Shown here piece by piece: positions 35,936-45,579 of a stretch of DNA of 64,000 nucleotides; position 1 is the first letter of the stretch; every line of letters starts with the position of its first letter. The notes below the pieces were generated by a model. That model saw nothing but the letters and a program-made list of their open reading frames with translations, made no database searches and had not been told where the DNA came from. This DNA comes from a virus, in the IMG/VR virus record IMGVR_UViG_3300028920_000039, positions 1 to 64,000 of that record. The stretch is one strand, 5' to 3'. A program made the position numbers and the translations under genes.

Positions 35936-36607
35936 ATGAGAGTTGACGACTTGCAGATTTCTGTGAGAGAAGGTCTCGACGCAGAGCAACAAATTCAGCC
36001 CCGCGAATTCGGCGAAGCTAAACCCAAGAAGACGCCCCGTCGCACCACCCGTCCCCTCAAGAAGCACAGAGAGGTTGCCGATCAATTCCTGCAGACTCGC
36101 CAAGCAATTGATGAGCTCAACCAACAAATTGCTGCTGTTCGGGCTATCATTGCTTCTAAGGAAGAAGTAGCGGGGAATCTTGCTCGAGACCTGATGACGT
36201 ATGCTGAAGAGTACCAGGACCGTATGTTCCAGACAGAGAAAGTTCTTGTGGCTCTTGAAGACATTCCTCCTCACAAAGCGCAGATCCCTCAGTGGGGTAA
36301 GGTGATCAAGCATCTGCTGGCTCAGCTAGAAAGTGTGAGTGTTGATATGCGAAAAGAAGCAGAAGAGTTCATCGAAGCAGCCAAACGTGAGATCCCCGGC
36401 GCCACCGAGCTTCTCTACAAAGAGCTTGAATCTGTCAACAAGACGGCAATGGCGGAAGGTTGGATCGGTTTCAAGAAGATACTGGACAAGGTGAAAGCAA
36501 TGGGAAAGAAGGCTCGTGCAAAACTGGATGAGATTACATCCGAGACACAAGACCTCCTGGCTTCATTGCATCCAGACAGCAAGACGAGCAGAGAGTATGG
36601 CAGATAG
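35936..36607 (+). CDS. Coiled-coil virion-like protein
   Basis: AGGAG RBS; helical and charged. Confidence 0.75.
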   Translation: MRVDDLQISVREGLDAEQQIQPREFGEAKPKKTPRRTTRPLKKHREVADQFLQTRQAIDELNQQIAAVRAIIASKEEVAGNLARDLMTYAEEYQDRMFQTEKVLVALEDIPPHKAQIPQWGKVIKHLLAQLESVSVDMRKEAEEFIEAAKREIPGATELLYKELESVNKTAMAEGWIGFKKILDKVKAMGKKARAKLDEITSETQDLLASLHPDSKTSREYGR

Positions 36608-37151
36608 TAAGGTCAAAAGCGCACCTTCTTTGGTAGAAGCTCGAAAAGCAATGAAGCGCGCGTCTAAGCGCGTCAAGAATACTGCCAAAGCTCGTCGTCT
36701 GACTCGAAAGCAGAAAGCGGCGCGGGCGGCGGCTCGTCGTGCCAAGAAGATGAGAGGGATGAAGCGCGCGGCTGTTGCTCCCAAAGGCAAGGAGTGGCTG
36801 GCGGCACCTGTGCAGATTCGAAAGATCCAGCCTCTCCCTCCGTTGGGAGGCAGATTGCCTACGGCACAGCCGGTTACAGTAGCTCCGCTCCGCCCGGGAT
36901 TCAAGAGGGCGGCACCTGTTGCTGGTGAGTGGAATGGTGTAGAGTTGATACCGGTGATATCGAGTAATGTAGCCTCGTATGGGTATGATCCTGAGAGAGA
37001 ACTTCTCCTGATTGCATTCTTAGATGGAAGTCTGTACCGTTATTTCAATGTTCCTGAAGTGGTTTGGATTCGGTTTCAGGCGGCCAGCAGCAAAGGGAAA
37101 TTCGTCTGGAGTGATGTCAGGGATCAATACGAATACCAGCGCGTTGCGTGA
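36597..37151 (+). CDS. KTSC domain protein with very basic N-terminal arm
   Basis: SSNVASYGYD...FLDGSLYRYFNVP...ASSKGKFVW. Confidence 0.88.
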   Translation: MADSKVKSAPSLVEARKAMKRASKRVKNTAKARRLTRKQKAARAAARRAKKMRGMKRAAVAPKGKEWLAAPVQIRKIQPLPPLGGRLPTAQPVTVAPLRPGFKRAAPVAGEWNGVELIPVISSNVASYGYDPERELLLIAFLDGSLYRYFNVPEVVWIRFQAASSKGKFVWSDVRDQYEYQRVA

Positions 37152-37162
37152 AAGGGATAACA

Positions 37163-39472
37163 ATGACTGAAGAACTGAAGATTCCTCCTTCGGTGGCAGC
37201 GAAGATGCCGAAGACCGAAATGAAGAAACCCGTTGACACAAAGTTTCCTGATGTTCCTATGATGGGAGGCACTTCTCCAAAATCGCATCAAGGTCTTTCT
37301 GAATCTGACAAGGCGGGGATTGCGGGCATGCTGATGGCAATGAACGGCGATGCTCCTGAATCTTCAGTAGCCGAGGGCGAAGCGGCTCTCAACAAGATTC
37401 CGAAGAGTCGGCATTTGGATGAATCTACTACACAAGGTGTTGCAGGTATTCTTTCTAGTATGAGTAGAGAAGAGCCTCCTGAAGAAGAGAAGCCTGCTTC
37501 TCAAGTTCAGGAAGTGACTGAAGATGAGAAGCAAATGTGGAAGGATCGAATCTGGAAGCTTTTTGCAAGCGATTATACTGTCGAGCAGGTTGAGGAGGAG
37601 ATCGGTGACAACTACGGTAATCTTCCTCCCTGGTTGTATGATATGATCCATGAAGTAGCGAAAGGATTTACTGAGAAGATGGTTCAGCAAGGTGACAAGC
37701 CAAAGGCTTCTGACTTTAAGATCAAGAAGACCCCTGAAGGCGAGCAGATAGTACATATTCCAACAGGGAAGAAATCAGTTGTGTACAAACGAAAAGGTGA
37801 TGCTGAAGTAGTCATTCGAAACATCGTCACAGGCAAAGAGAAGTGGGAATCTGTTCAGCTTCAAGAAGGCCGCATCAAAGAGTGGATAATGTCCAAGATC
37901 AACGCAGCTCTGGTGAGCCTTGGAGTTCCAAAGGACAAGTGGGATGGCATTGAGGACGCTGTTTTTGCGGCGGCTCTCGCCGGTGAGCTGGGGGATGGTC
38001 TGCCTTCAAGCGAGACAGCGGAAGCAGTGGCAGACATGGTTACGGAGTTGGCTGGTACTGAAGCAGCCCCTACACCAGAACTAGAAGAGCCTGGCGAAGG
38101 CGAGCCGGTGGGAGCAGAGGCGGGTCTTGATACAGAGATCGATATTGAAGAACCTCCTGAGGAAGAGGACCCTGCTCTTGAACCGGAACCCGAACCGGAA
38201 CCCGAACCGGAACCCGAACCCGAACCGGAGGAACCCCTGGAACCGGAAGAGCCTCCAGTCGAAGAACCTGGCGAAGAATCGCCACCTGACGCGGGTGAAG
38301 AAGAGCCTTTTATGGATCTGGTTTCTCTTGACGATATTGAGGCTGAAATTGCTCGATTGGCTGGTGATGAAGAACCAATGGAGCCGCCGGAAGAAGAGCC
38401 TCCTGAAGAAGAAGAACCAGGCGAAGGTGAGCCTGAGGATAACACAGTCTTCATTCCAGCTGAAGAGGAAGAGGAGATTGAGGAAGCAAAGCCTACTTTT
38501 GATCCTCAATTGGTTGATGGAATGGGCAAGCATGTTCTGGCAACATCTCAGGCTATTAAGAATGCGCTCTTTGGTCCTACAAGTTATGTAGCTACTCGAG
38601 ATGAGATGTTGGCGATAACTTTTGATGAAGAATCAAGCGCTTATGCCCATGGTGAAGTAAACATTCACAACGAGTGGGAACAGTCTTCTCCAGGGGATTT
38701 CCCTTCCTATGATGGAGAAACAGAAGTAGATGATGCGATAGGTGATTTCTTGACACAATGGGGTGAATACAGGGATTTAGGGGAAGAAAGTCTTAAGGAA
38801 GCTGAGTTCGAAGACGACCCAGAAGTGAAAGCACAAACTGGTGCTTGGTTGCTCGGCGGTATCCTTGGAAAGCATGAAAGGGCTGGTTTTGATTCCGAAG
38901 AGGAAGCACAAGCTGTTGCTGATGAGTACAAAGCTTTCCTTGACAGTGAAGGCATTCCTTACGAGAGAATTGAAATTTGGGATTCTGAGAGTGTTGCAAC
39001 ATTTAAGGTGTACGTCCAGATTAATTCATTCTCTATGGAAAAAGGGGTCAATCCACCGCCTACTCCTACAAATGCAGACAGAGCCTATGATCTATCGAAT
39101 TTCATCATAGGAAAAGAGCTGGTCAAGGGTAGCTCTTTCGCCTATGCAACATTACCGATGGATCAAGCCAAAGAACGAGCTCTGAAAATCAAGAAGCTCT
39201 CAACCACTCCGGGTCCCAAACGCGAAAGTTTTATTCCCGGTGAAACCGTTATGATTCCTATCGACGGTGAGTTGATGGAAGCAAAGGTACTGGATGTTCA
39301 TTCTCACAACAAGACACTTGACGTGGATGTCGAAGGCAACCTTTTCAAGACAACCTTCGAAAAGGCTTCCAAGCTTTCTGTTGAGGACAGTTTTGTTGAG
39401 CGTCTTCTGGACGGAGAAGATGCGATGCAGATTCTGGATGACATGATAACTGATGAAATTCTGACGAAGTAA
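37163..39472 (+). CDS. Large acidic Glu/Pro-rich protein (head core/scaffold-like)
   Basis: Strongly acidic, PE repeats, multiple E-S junctions. Confidence 0.75.
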   Translation: MTEELKIPPSVAAKMPKTEMKKPVDTKFPDVPMMGGTSPKSHQGLSESDKAGIAGMLMAMNGDAPESSVAEGEAALNKIPKSRHLDESTTQGVAGILSSMSREEPPEEEKPASQVQEVTEDEKQMWKDRIWKLFASDYTVEQVEEEIGDNYGNLPPWLYDMIHEVAKGFTEKMVQQGDKPKASDFKIKKTPEGEQIVHIPTGKKSVVYKRKGDAEVVIRNIVTGKEKWESVQLQEGRIKEWIMSKINAALVSLGVPKDKWDGIEDAVFAAALAGELGDGLPSSETAEAVADMVTELAGTEAAPTPELEEPGEGEPVGAEAGLDTEIDIEEPPEEEDPALEPEPEPEPEPEPEPEPEEPLEPEEPPVEEPGEESPPDAGEEEPFMDLVSLDDIEAEIARLAGDEEPMEPPEEEPPEEEEPGEGEPEDNTVFIPAEEEEEIEEAKPTFDPQLVDGMGKHVLATSQAIKNALFGPTSYVATRDEMLAITFDEESSAYAHGEVNIHNEWEQSSPGDFPSYDGETEVDDAIGDFLTQWGEYRDLGEESLKEAEFEDDPEVKAQTGAWLLGGILGKHERAGFDSEEEAQAVADEYKAFLDSEGIPYERIEIWDSESVATFKVYVQINSFSMEKGVNPPPTPTNADRAYDLSNFIIGKELVKGSSFAYATLPMDQAKERALKIKKLSTTPGPKRESFIPGETVMIPIDGELMEAKVLDVHSHNKTLDVDVEGNLFKTTFEKASKLSVEDSFVERLLDGEDAMQILDDMITDEILTK
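38180..38230 (+). repeat. GAACC(G/C) hexamer repeat encoding (EP)n
   Basis: GAACCGGAACCC units inside the 37163 CDS. Confidence 0.9.
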
Positions 39473-39486
39473 AGGAGGAAGAAGCC

Positions 39487-39831
39487 ATGCTAATTACGCA
39501 GACGGATATTTTTGACGTCCCTGCAAGCTTGAGCACCGTCGTCAACATCAGAGAGAACAACTCTCTGGAGAGGAGCCTGTTCTTCGATAACAAGAGCTCT
39601 GCAACACTCTCGATTCAGATCGAGACATCTGCCGACGGCGGTACAACATGGTCACTAGTAGGCACAGCTTTCTCGCTGACCGCTGGTTCTCAGACGGTGA
39701 AGGAGATCGCGGCTTCCTATCCTAACCAGTTGCGGATCAGAGCTTCCGGTGGTGGTGATGATCGTGACCTGTACATCGGTTATGCTCGGCTCTTCTCGAA
39801 CACCAGTTCCTGGACGAATCCGACTCTGTAA
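39487..39831 (+). CDS. Small beta-sandwich virion-like protein (paralogue family 2 of 3)
   Basis: IETSADGGTTW; AAGGAGG RBS. Confidence 0.7.
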   Translation: MLITQTDIFDVPASLSTVVNIRENNSLERSLFFDNKSSATLSIQIETSADGGTTWSLVGTAFSLTAGSQTVKEIAASYPNQLRIRASGGGDDRDLYIGYARLFSNTSSWTNPTL

Positions 39832-39939
39832 AGGAACCGATTCGTTAGGTTCTGTTTCTGATTGCCTCATAAAACCAACTTTCTAACTGTGTTCTGTAAG
39901 TATAACGAAAGGGGTAAAAAACTCTGGTTGGTTTTGAAA

Positions 39940-40668
39940 ATGCAAACTAATCATGTCACAGTGGTGGTGCCTGCATTTAACACTGCAAAATACATCAAGC
40001 CTTGCCTTGATTCCATTTTAAAGCAGTCCCACAAGAACACTGACATCGTCGTTGTCAACGACGGTAGCACTGATGATACAGGTAAAATTGCTTGTGCCTA
40101 CATGCGCAAAGGCCACCCCGTCAGTGTCATGAACATCCATCGCAACAAAGGTGTAACCCACGCTACGCATGTTGGTATCATGTCTGCTCAAGGCCCGATT
40201 GTGACCATTGTTGACAGCGATGATATGTTGCTTGATGGTTCCCTTAAGTATGGCATCAAACCTTTCATGGATCCTAAAGTCGGTTTTGTGTGGACCAAGT
40301 TTGTGAAGAGCACCGGTGGAATTGGTTGGAGCCGAGGTTTGCCAGAAGGTGTTTCCTTGTGGCGTGCTATGATGTACAATAAGTGGTGGAAAGCTAGCCA
40401 TCAGCGATTTCTTCGTAAGTCTGTGTATGAGAATGGCATCCGCCTCAACACTTCGTTTGACAGGTCTTCAGATTTTCAACTTGTTCTTCTGATAGCGCTT
40501 TCAGGCTGTAAGACAATACATGTGCCCGTGGCGACATACTGGTATCGAATGCGAAGACCTAACAGTCTCACATCAGAAGGCTCTGAGAAGCAACGTGTTG
40601 TGGTCACAGGCATTCGAAAGTGGTTGCAATCAGAGATCAAAAAACGAGGTATAAATGAGCCTGCTTGA
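39940..40668 (+). CDS. Glycosyltransferase family 2 (GT-A)
   Basis: VVVPAFN, VVNDGSTDDT, IVDSDD, SDFQL. Confidence 0.92.
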   Translation: MQTNHVTVVVPAFNTAKYIKPCLDSILKQSHKNTDIVVVNDGSTDDTGKIACAYMRKGHPVSVMNIHRNKGVTHATHVGIMSAQGPIVTIVDSDDMLLDGSLKYGIKPFMDPKVGFVWTKFVKSTGGIGWSRGLPEGVSLWRAMMYNKWWKASHQRFLRKSVYENGIRLNTSFDRSSDFQLVLLIALSGCKTIHVPVATYWYRMRRPNSLTSEGSEKQRVVVTGIRKWLQSEIKKRGINEPA

Positions 40669-40885
40669 TTTCTTTCACAAGAATGAAGGGGAAGATTTGA
40701 AGGACTCAACCAAGGTGGTGCTCGCCAAACTGGCTGAGATGGCTGATCCGAACTGTAATAAATGTTACGGCCGTGGTTTTATTGGGCGCATTCCTCGAAC
40801 GAAAGCTCTTCTTCGCTGTGAAAGATGCGCTCGGAGATATGCCAGGAAGAAGGAAGAGGAAGAGAAAGCTGAGGAAACCAAGTGA
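40655..40885 (+). CDS. Small Zn-binding protein
   Basis: CNKCYGRG...CERC. Confidence 0.6.
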   Translation: MSLLDFFHKNEGEDLKDSTKVVLAKLAEMADPNCNKCYGRGFIGRIPRTKALLRCERCARRYARKKEEEEKAEETK

Positions 40886-41787
40886 AGTGTTTGTTCATTG
40901 ACGGTAACCACCTTCTGCACCGAAATGCTCATGTTCATACCGATCTGACCTACGGCAATGAGCCTACAGGGGCGATGTATGGCTTCTTCAACTCCATCGG
41001 CAAGATCAAACGTGAGTATCCGGCCCATCATGTTGTGATTGCCTGGGATATGGGCCACAAACGACGGGACGAGGAGAGCCTGGAGGCTGTCAAAGCCGGG
41101 ATCGTTCCTGAGCCTTACAAAGGCAATCGCACTAAGGATGAAGACGCAACCCAAGAGAATGACTTGGTAAGGTGGCAGATCAACCAGCAGTGGAATGCTC
41201 TAAGGGAAGGTCTTAAGTATACCACTTGTCAGCAGGTGCAGAAGAAGGGCTTCGAGGCTGATGATATCATTGCAAGTTATGTGATGAGCATGGACGATCC
41301 TGCTACTATCGTCACATCTGACAAGGACTATTATCAGCTGTTGGAGCCGGGCATTATCATTCGGGATGACCACCACGATAAGGTGGTTACTTTAGACAGT
41401 TTCCGGGAAGAGTTCGGTCTCGTGGCTCCGCAGCAGTGGATTGACGTCGGGGCTCTCACAGGTGATTCCAGTGACAATATTTTTGGGGTAGACGGTATCG
41501 GCATTAAGACCGCCTGCAAGCTTATAATTCAGCACAAATCCTTGAAAAACCTTTTGAAACATTTGAAGGAAGAGCGGGACAAAGGTGTAGAACTACCTAA
41601 GAGGCATGCGGCGATATTGCAGTTTGAGGAACGGGTTCTCTTGGCGTTCTCTCTCAAGCAGATGGATGACGCTATCGAAGATCTGCCACCTCTTGTGAGA
41701 AGATGCGGCCGAAATGAAGAGTTAACACAGTTTTTCAACAAGTATGCCTTTGAGTCACTTATCGACTACATTCCTGTTTTGAGTTAG
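40882..41787 (+). CDS. 5'-3' exonuclease (PolA N-terminal / T4 RNase H-like)
   Basis: IDGNHLL, YKGNR, FEADDIIA, SDKDYYQL, GDSSDNIFGVDGIGIKTA. Confidence 0.95.
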   Translation: MKCLFIDGNHLLHRNAHVHTDLTYGNEPTGAMYGFFNSIGKIKREYPAHHVVIAWDMGHKRRDEESLEAVKAGIVPEPYKGNRTKDEDATQENDLVRWQINQQWNALREGLKYTTCQQVQKKGFEADDIIASYVMSMDDPATIVTSDKDYYQLLEPGIIIRDDHHDKVVTLDSFREEFGLVAPQQWIDVGALTGDSSDNIFGVDGIGIKTACKLIIQHKSLKNLLKHLKEERDKGVELPKRHAAILQFEERVLLAFSLKQMDDAIEDLPPLVRRCGRNEELTQFFNKYAFESLIDYIPVLS

Positions 41788-41790
41788 CCA

Positions 41791-42258
41791 ATGGCCATTG
41801 AAGAAGTTGTTCGGCCGGTTCGACGTCGTCTTCCTGATCAACGACGTTCAATCACCCATAAGTTCACCGTCTATTCTAAGTCAGTAAACCATATCTGTGC
41901 CAATTGTGGAACAGAAGTTACCTTAGAAGAGGGCGGGATCGATCTCTACCTAACAGTCGGTTTCTTTGATGACGGTTCGCCCGGTGAGCTGTTTGTCAAA
42001 CTTGCTCGCCATGGTAATACACTGAAAGGGCTGTGCGATCAATGGCTGCAGGCTGTTTCAGTTGGGCTTCAGTATGGCATTCCTCTTCAGGTCTTCTGTA
42101 GAAAAGGGTTGTTTGTGGCATTCGAACCATCCGGTCCTACGGACGACTTCATCTACGACGAAAAAGGCAAGGTTGTTGGTAAGCTCAACGCCGCTTCTCT
42201 GGTTGACTGCATCTGTAAATGGTTGATGCAGGAAGTCGTCAAACAACCTTTCGTCTAA
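41791..42258 (+). CDS. Stand-alone TSCPD domain (class II RNR C-terminal domain-like)
   Basis: RRRLPDQRRSITHKF...LYLTVG...PGELFV...VSVGLQYGIPL...FEPSG. Confidence 0.75.
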   Translation: MAIEEVVRPVRRRLPDQRRSITHKFTVYSKSVNHICANCGTEVTLEEGGIDLYLTVGFFDDGSPGELFVKLARHGNTLKGLCDQWLQAVSVGLQYGIPLQVFCRKGLFVAFEPSGPTDDFIYDEKGKVVGKLNAASLVDCICKWLMQEVVKQPFV

Positions 42259-42308
42259 ACAAATCTCTCTGCAGACCCTTTCATTGTATAACACATCAGA
42301 GGTGTATT

Positions 42309-42461
42309 ATGAAAGACTCTGTAGAACTGGCGATTGAACGGGTCATGTCAAACTTTCGGAAGCGGACAGTGGAGTCAGCAGAGCCCGATGAGTTTGATGA
42401 CGCTATCATCGAAGAGCTACTAGAGGAGGAGCTCACAGAAGAGCTTGAGGAGCAGAGATGA
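42309..42461 (+). CDS. Small acidic tagged peptide
   Basis: MKDSVELAIERVMS...; GAGG RBS; ATGA-coupled to the protease. Confidence 0.6.
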   Translation: MKDSVELAIERVMSNFRKRTVESAEPDEFDDAIIEELLEEELTEELEEQR

Positions 42462-43285
42462 AGTTCGCAACTGGTTGGATTCGAGACTTTGAGGATCCTC
42501 GAGATTACACTGTAGATTCAGATGAGGTGGTGCCTTTCCTCCTTCGCCGTGAAGCATTCGGTAACAAGGATGGAAAGAAGATTCCGAATCGCTATACTAT
42601 CCCTTCATTGCCTCCTATTAAGCAGCAGGGCCGCATTGGTTCTTGTACAGCTCATGCAGCTACAACCATGTATGAGGCCTATCTGCAAGTAGCTGATCTC
42701 ATTGGCGAGCCCCTTAGCCGCCGTTTTCTGTACAAAGTCACACGAAATCTAATGGGAGAGAAGAGCGACTCCGGGGCTTACCTTAGAACTACCATGCAAG
42801 CCATGGCGATGTTTGGCATACCTCCCGAGCGCTACTTCAAGTACAGCATCAAAGAATATAACCGAGAACCGTCCGGTTTCCATTATTCTATGGCGCAGAA
42901 CTACCAGGCTCTCACCTACTATCGCCTGGATCGTCGTGAGAAGCCTGAGAAGACGATTGATTGCATCAAGACCAACATTGCCGCTAATCGTGCTTGCATG
43001 TTTGGCTTTGTTGTGTTTTCAAACCTGAAAGAGGACGGTGACATTCAGCTCCCGAGTCGGCGTGACAAGGTTGAAGGCGGACATGCTGTTTGCGCTGCTG
43101 GCTACAATGACATCTACAAGGTTGGTGATTCTGTAGGAGCGTTCAGAATTGCTAACTCATGGGGCACTGAGTGGGGTGACGATGGTTTCGGATGGCTCCC
43201 TTACGACTACGTTAGATTTGGACTTGCCACTGATTGGTGGACGATAATGAAAGGTGAATGGTTGGAGCTGGACTGTTTCAAATGA
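42458..43285 (+). CDS. Papain-like cysteine protease (C1A)
   Basis: QQGRIGSCTAHA, GGHAVCAAGY, IANSWG (Cys/His/Asn triad). Confidence 0.93.
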   Translation: MKFATGWIRDFEDPRDYTVDSDEVVPFLLRREAFGNKDGKKIPNRYTIPSLPPIKQQGRIGSCTAHAATTMYEAYLQVADLIGEPLSRRFLYKVTRNLMGEKSDSGAYLRTTMQAMAMFGIPPERYFKYSIKEYNREPSGFHYSMAQNYQALTYYRLDRREKPEKTIDCIKTNIAANRACMFGFVVFSNLKEDGDIQLPSRRDKVEGGHAVCAAGYNDIYKVGDSVGAFRIANSWGTEWGDDGFGWLPYDYVRFGLATDWWTIMKGEWLELDCFK

Positions 43286-43650
43286 AAGACGAGGACATCG
43301 AAAAAGCAATAGACCACATGATGCTTGATGAGGTGGAGTTCATGAGTCCGGGCGATCCTCGTTACAAGCAGCTCATGCAGTTCCAGAAGAAATATGGCCA
43401 CATGCCTCCGACTGCTCGAAGGGTGCATCTCGGCTCTCCAGGCAGCACTTTGGCTCCAAGAGGGGCAATGAAGAAGAATTCATTGTCGGAATACATCTAC
43501 CAGAAGCTGGTGGCCGCCCATGAGCACTGGACCAGCCCTGACTACAGCGATTCAGTAGACGATGCTACTATGATTGGTGAGCTTGAGAAACAGCTTGAAC
43601 AAGAAGTTGAAGCGGCTCTTCGAGCCTACAAAGAATGGGCTACACACTAA
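43282..43650 (+). CDS. Tagged hypothetical protein
   Basis: MKDEDIEKAIDHMMLDE. Confidence 0.75.
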   Translation: MKDEDIEKAIDHMMLDEVEFMSPGDPRYKQLMQFQKKYGHMPPTARRVHLGSPGSTLAPRGAMKKNSLSEYIYQKLVAAHEHWTSPDYSDSVDDATMIGELEKQLEQEVEAALRAYKEWATH

Positions 43651-43985
43651 TGAATGAAGCAAAAGAACGTCGGTTGGTTTGGGTGGATGTTGGTCACCGG
43701 TGGCGTGATGCTTTTACTAAGTGGTTTAAGCAGAACAAGATGCCTATTTGGGATCAAGGGTGGACTCGAGGTTCCACTGGTTGGGGTTTTCAGGTTGAAA
43801 CAGACCTGACACCTGATGACCTCCAAGACAAGCTCTGGAACGAGGTTCCGGGTGCCGGGATGATTGCTATTTCGACGGGTTATGTGGATGACGACGAGGA
43901 AGACGACGAACAAGACGTGTCCGGAGATTACCCCTCCATTTTTGATGCAGAAGGTCGTTACCAGACGCGACAGATGGGCCAATGA
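43650..43985 (+). CDS. Hypothetical protein
   Basis: TAATG-coupled start. Confidence 0.7.
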   Translation: MNEAKERRLVWVDVGHRWRDAFTKWFKQNKMPIWDQGWTRGSTGWGFQVETDLTPDDLQDKLWNEVPGAGMIAISTGYVDDDEEDDEQDVSGDYPSIFDAEGRYQTRQMGQ

Positions 43986-44820
43986 AGAACCGGATGATTA
44001 CGAAGACCATAAAGATATGGCAGATGCTGCTTGGTACTATGCAACAGGAGATCAAGTAGCTTCTCCTCCTGCTGAATTGGTTCGTTATGCAGAGAAAGAG
44101 ATATGGCAACCGCACGTGAAATCAACGTGGGAAGGCGTCGAAGCAGCTATCGCCACACTGGTTGAAAAGAGCTCAAAGAAAGTTACAACTGGTTGGGGTT
44201 TTATGGATGATGATTATGCAGAATACGAAGAGATGTCTGATTACAGAATGAGTGATGACATACAGGCTCTCAAGAAAAAGGTGCAAAAACTTGCAGACCA
44301 GTACGATTGGAAGATCATTGAATGGGTTGATGATTCTGATCGTTCAGGAATGTATGTTCAAGTCTATCTCGAGGTGCCTTTTACGACAACAGAAGAGGAA
44401 GTGTCGGAAATCCTTGGACAAGAAGCAGAAGAGGTCGAAGAATCCATTGATGCAGCTATCAACATGCTTCTTGAGCAACCCAAGGTTCGAAAGGCTAGCG
44501 TCGCTAAGCAGATCAATGATCTTCTGAAATCAGTCGGCTTCAAAATTGATGGCAGAGAGACCACCGCTGGTGCTATCAAGACGTGGCTTAAGAAAGAAGA
44601 TGGTTTTACCATGGAAGAGATTTTAGATGTGCTCAAACTTGTCTTTCCTCGAACATACATTCACGAGTATGAGATAGTTTTTGGGAAAGGTCCAAAGGTG
44701 AAAGACATTTATGTTCCTGGCGTTGCAACCTTGGAAAAGCAAGGAAAGACCGGTTTGTTTGTAGCAGTGTATCAGAGAGGACGTGGCGGCATGGAATATG
44801 AGATGGGACTTGATGTATGA
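43945..44820 (+). CDS. Tagged acidic multi-module protein; start uncertain (possible frameshift fusion with 43650)
   Basis: EESIDAAINMLLEQ linker; no good RBS. Confidence 0.6.
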   Translation: MQKVVTRRDRWANEEPDDYEDHKDMADAAWYYATGDQVASPPAELVRYAEKEIWQPHVKSTWEGVEAAIATLVEKSSKKVTTGWGFMDDDYAEYEEMSDYRMSDDIQALKKKVQKLADQYDWKIIEWVDDSDRSGMYVQVYLEVPFTTTEEEVSEILGQEAEEVEESIDAAINMLLEQPKVRKASVAKQINDLLKSVGFKIDGRETTAGAIKTWLKKEDGFTMEEILDVLKLVFPRTYIHEYEIVFGKGPKVKDIYVPGVATLEKQGKTGLFVAVYQRGRGGMEYEMGLDV

Positions 44821-45461
44821 TCCTTCCTGAGTTAGAAGTTGGAGATGTGCTATATCGCAAAGGTACTGCTCGTTACGCAGTACACTCTGTCAAGAGAGGC
44901 AAGAAGCTCGACGAGCCAGTCTACATGCTTCGAGGCCTTGAGACCGGTGTTGTCTTCGGGCCTTTCCCGGGTGAGTATCTTAGTGGTGAAGGGTACTATG
45001 TGATGGAGAGACAACAAACCGAAGCTACCAAACACGTATACATCTTCAAGTACAAAGATTCCGACCAAGAGGTCCTTCGTACCACTGCGTCAAGCCAAGC
45101 GCAAGCCATTCACCAAGCCGGTATTCGAAAAGGACACGATTGGATACAAGATGCAATTGAAACCGGTTTGATCCTCATTGATGTTGAGAAGCCCAAGGAG
45201 AAGAAGGATTCGCCTGATGTAGGACCTTCCTGCCCGAACTGCAAGAAACGCAACTCCAAGACGATTGCTACTGGTGAGACAATGTGTCGTGAGTGCGGCT
45301 GGATATGGGATACCCGAGACGAGTCCATCAGCCAGCTCATCAAAACGGTTTCAGGCAACACAGACGCCAAGCCAATGCTGAAGAAATGGAAGCAGCAGCT
45401 TGGCAAGATGATTCCTATGGACAAGGAGGTTGACGAAGCCATAGCGCTGTTGCTGCAGTGA
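44817..45461 (+). CDS. Multi-module protein with Zn ribbon and C-terminal tag
   Basis: CPNC...CREC; EVDEAIALLLQ at the C-terminus. Confidence 0.75.
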   Translation: MILPELEVGDVLYRKGTARYAVHSVKRGKKLDEPVYMLRGLETGVVFGPFPGEYLSGEGYYVMERQQTEATKHVYIFKYKDSDQEVLRTTASSQAQAIHQAGIRKGHDWIQDAIETGLILIDVEKPKEKKDSPDVGPSCPNCKKRNSKTIATGETMCRECGWIWDTRDESISQLIKTVSGNTDAKPMLKKWKQQLGKMIPMDKEVDEAIALLLQ

Positions 45462-45579
45462 TTTGGTCGCTGCCGCCTCTGCTTTCTCCTCATCTCCTCG
45501 GGCATGTGGTGGCGACCTTATTTGAGGAACTGTCGTTGACTGTTGTATAGAAATTGTATTTTTATATAGGAGAAAAACA

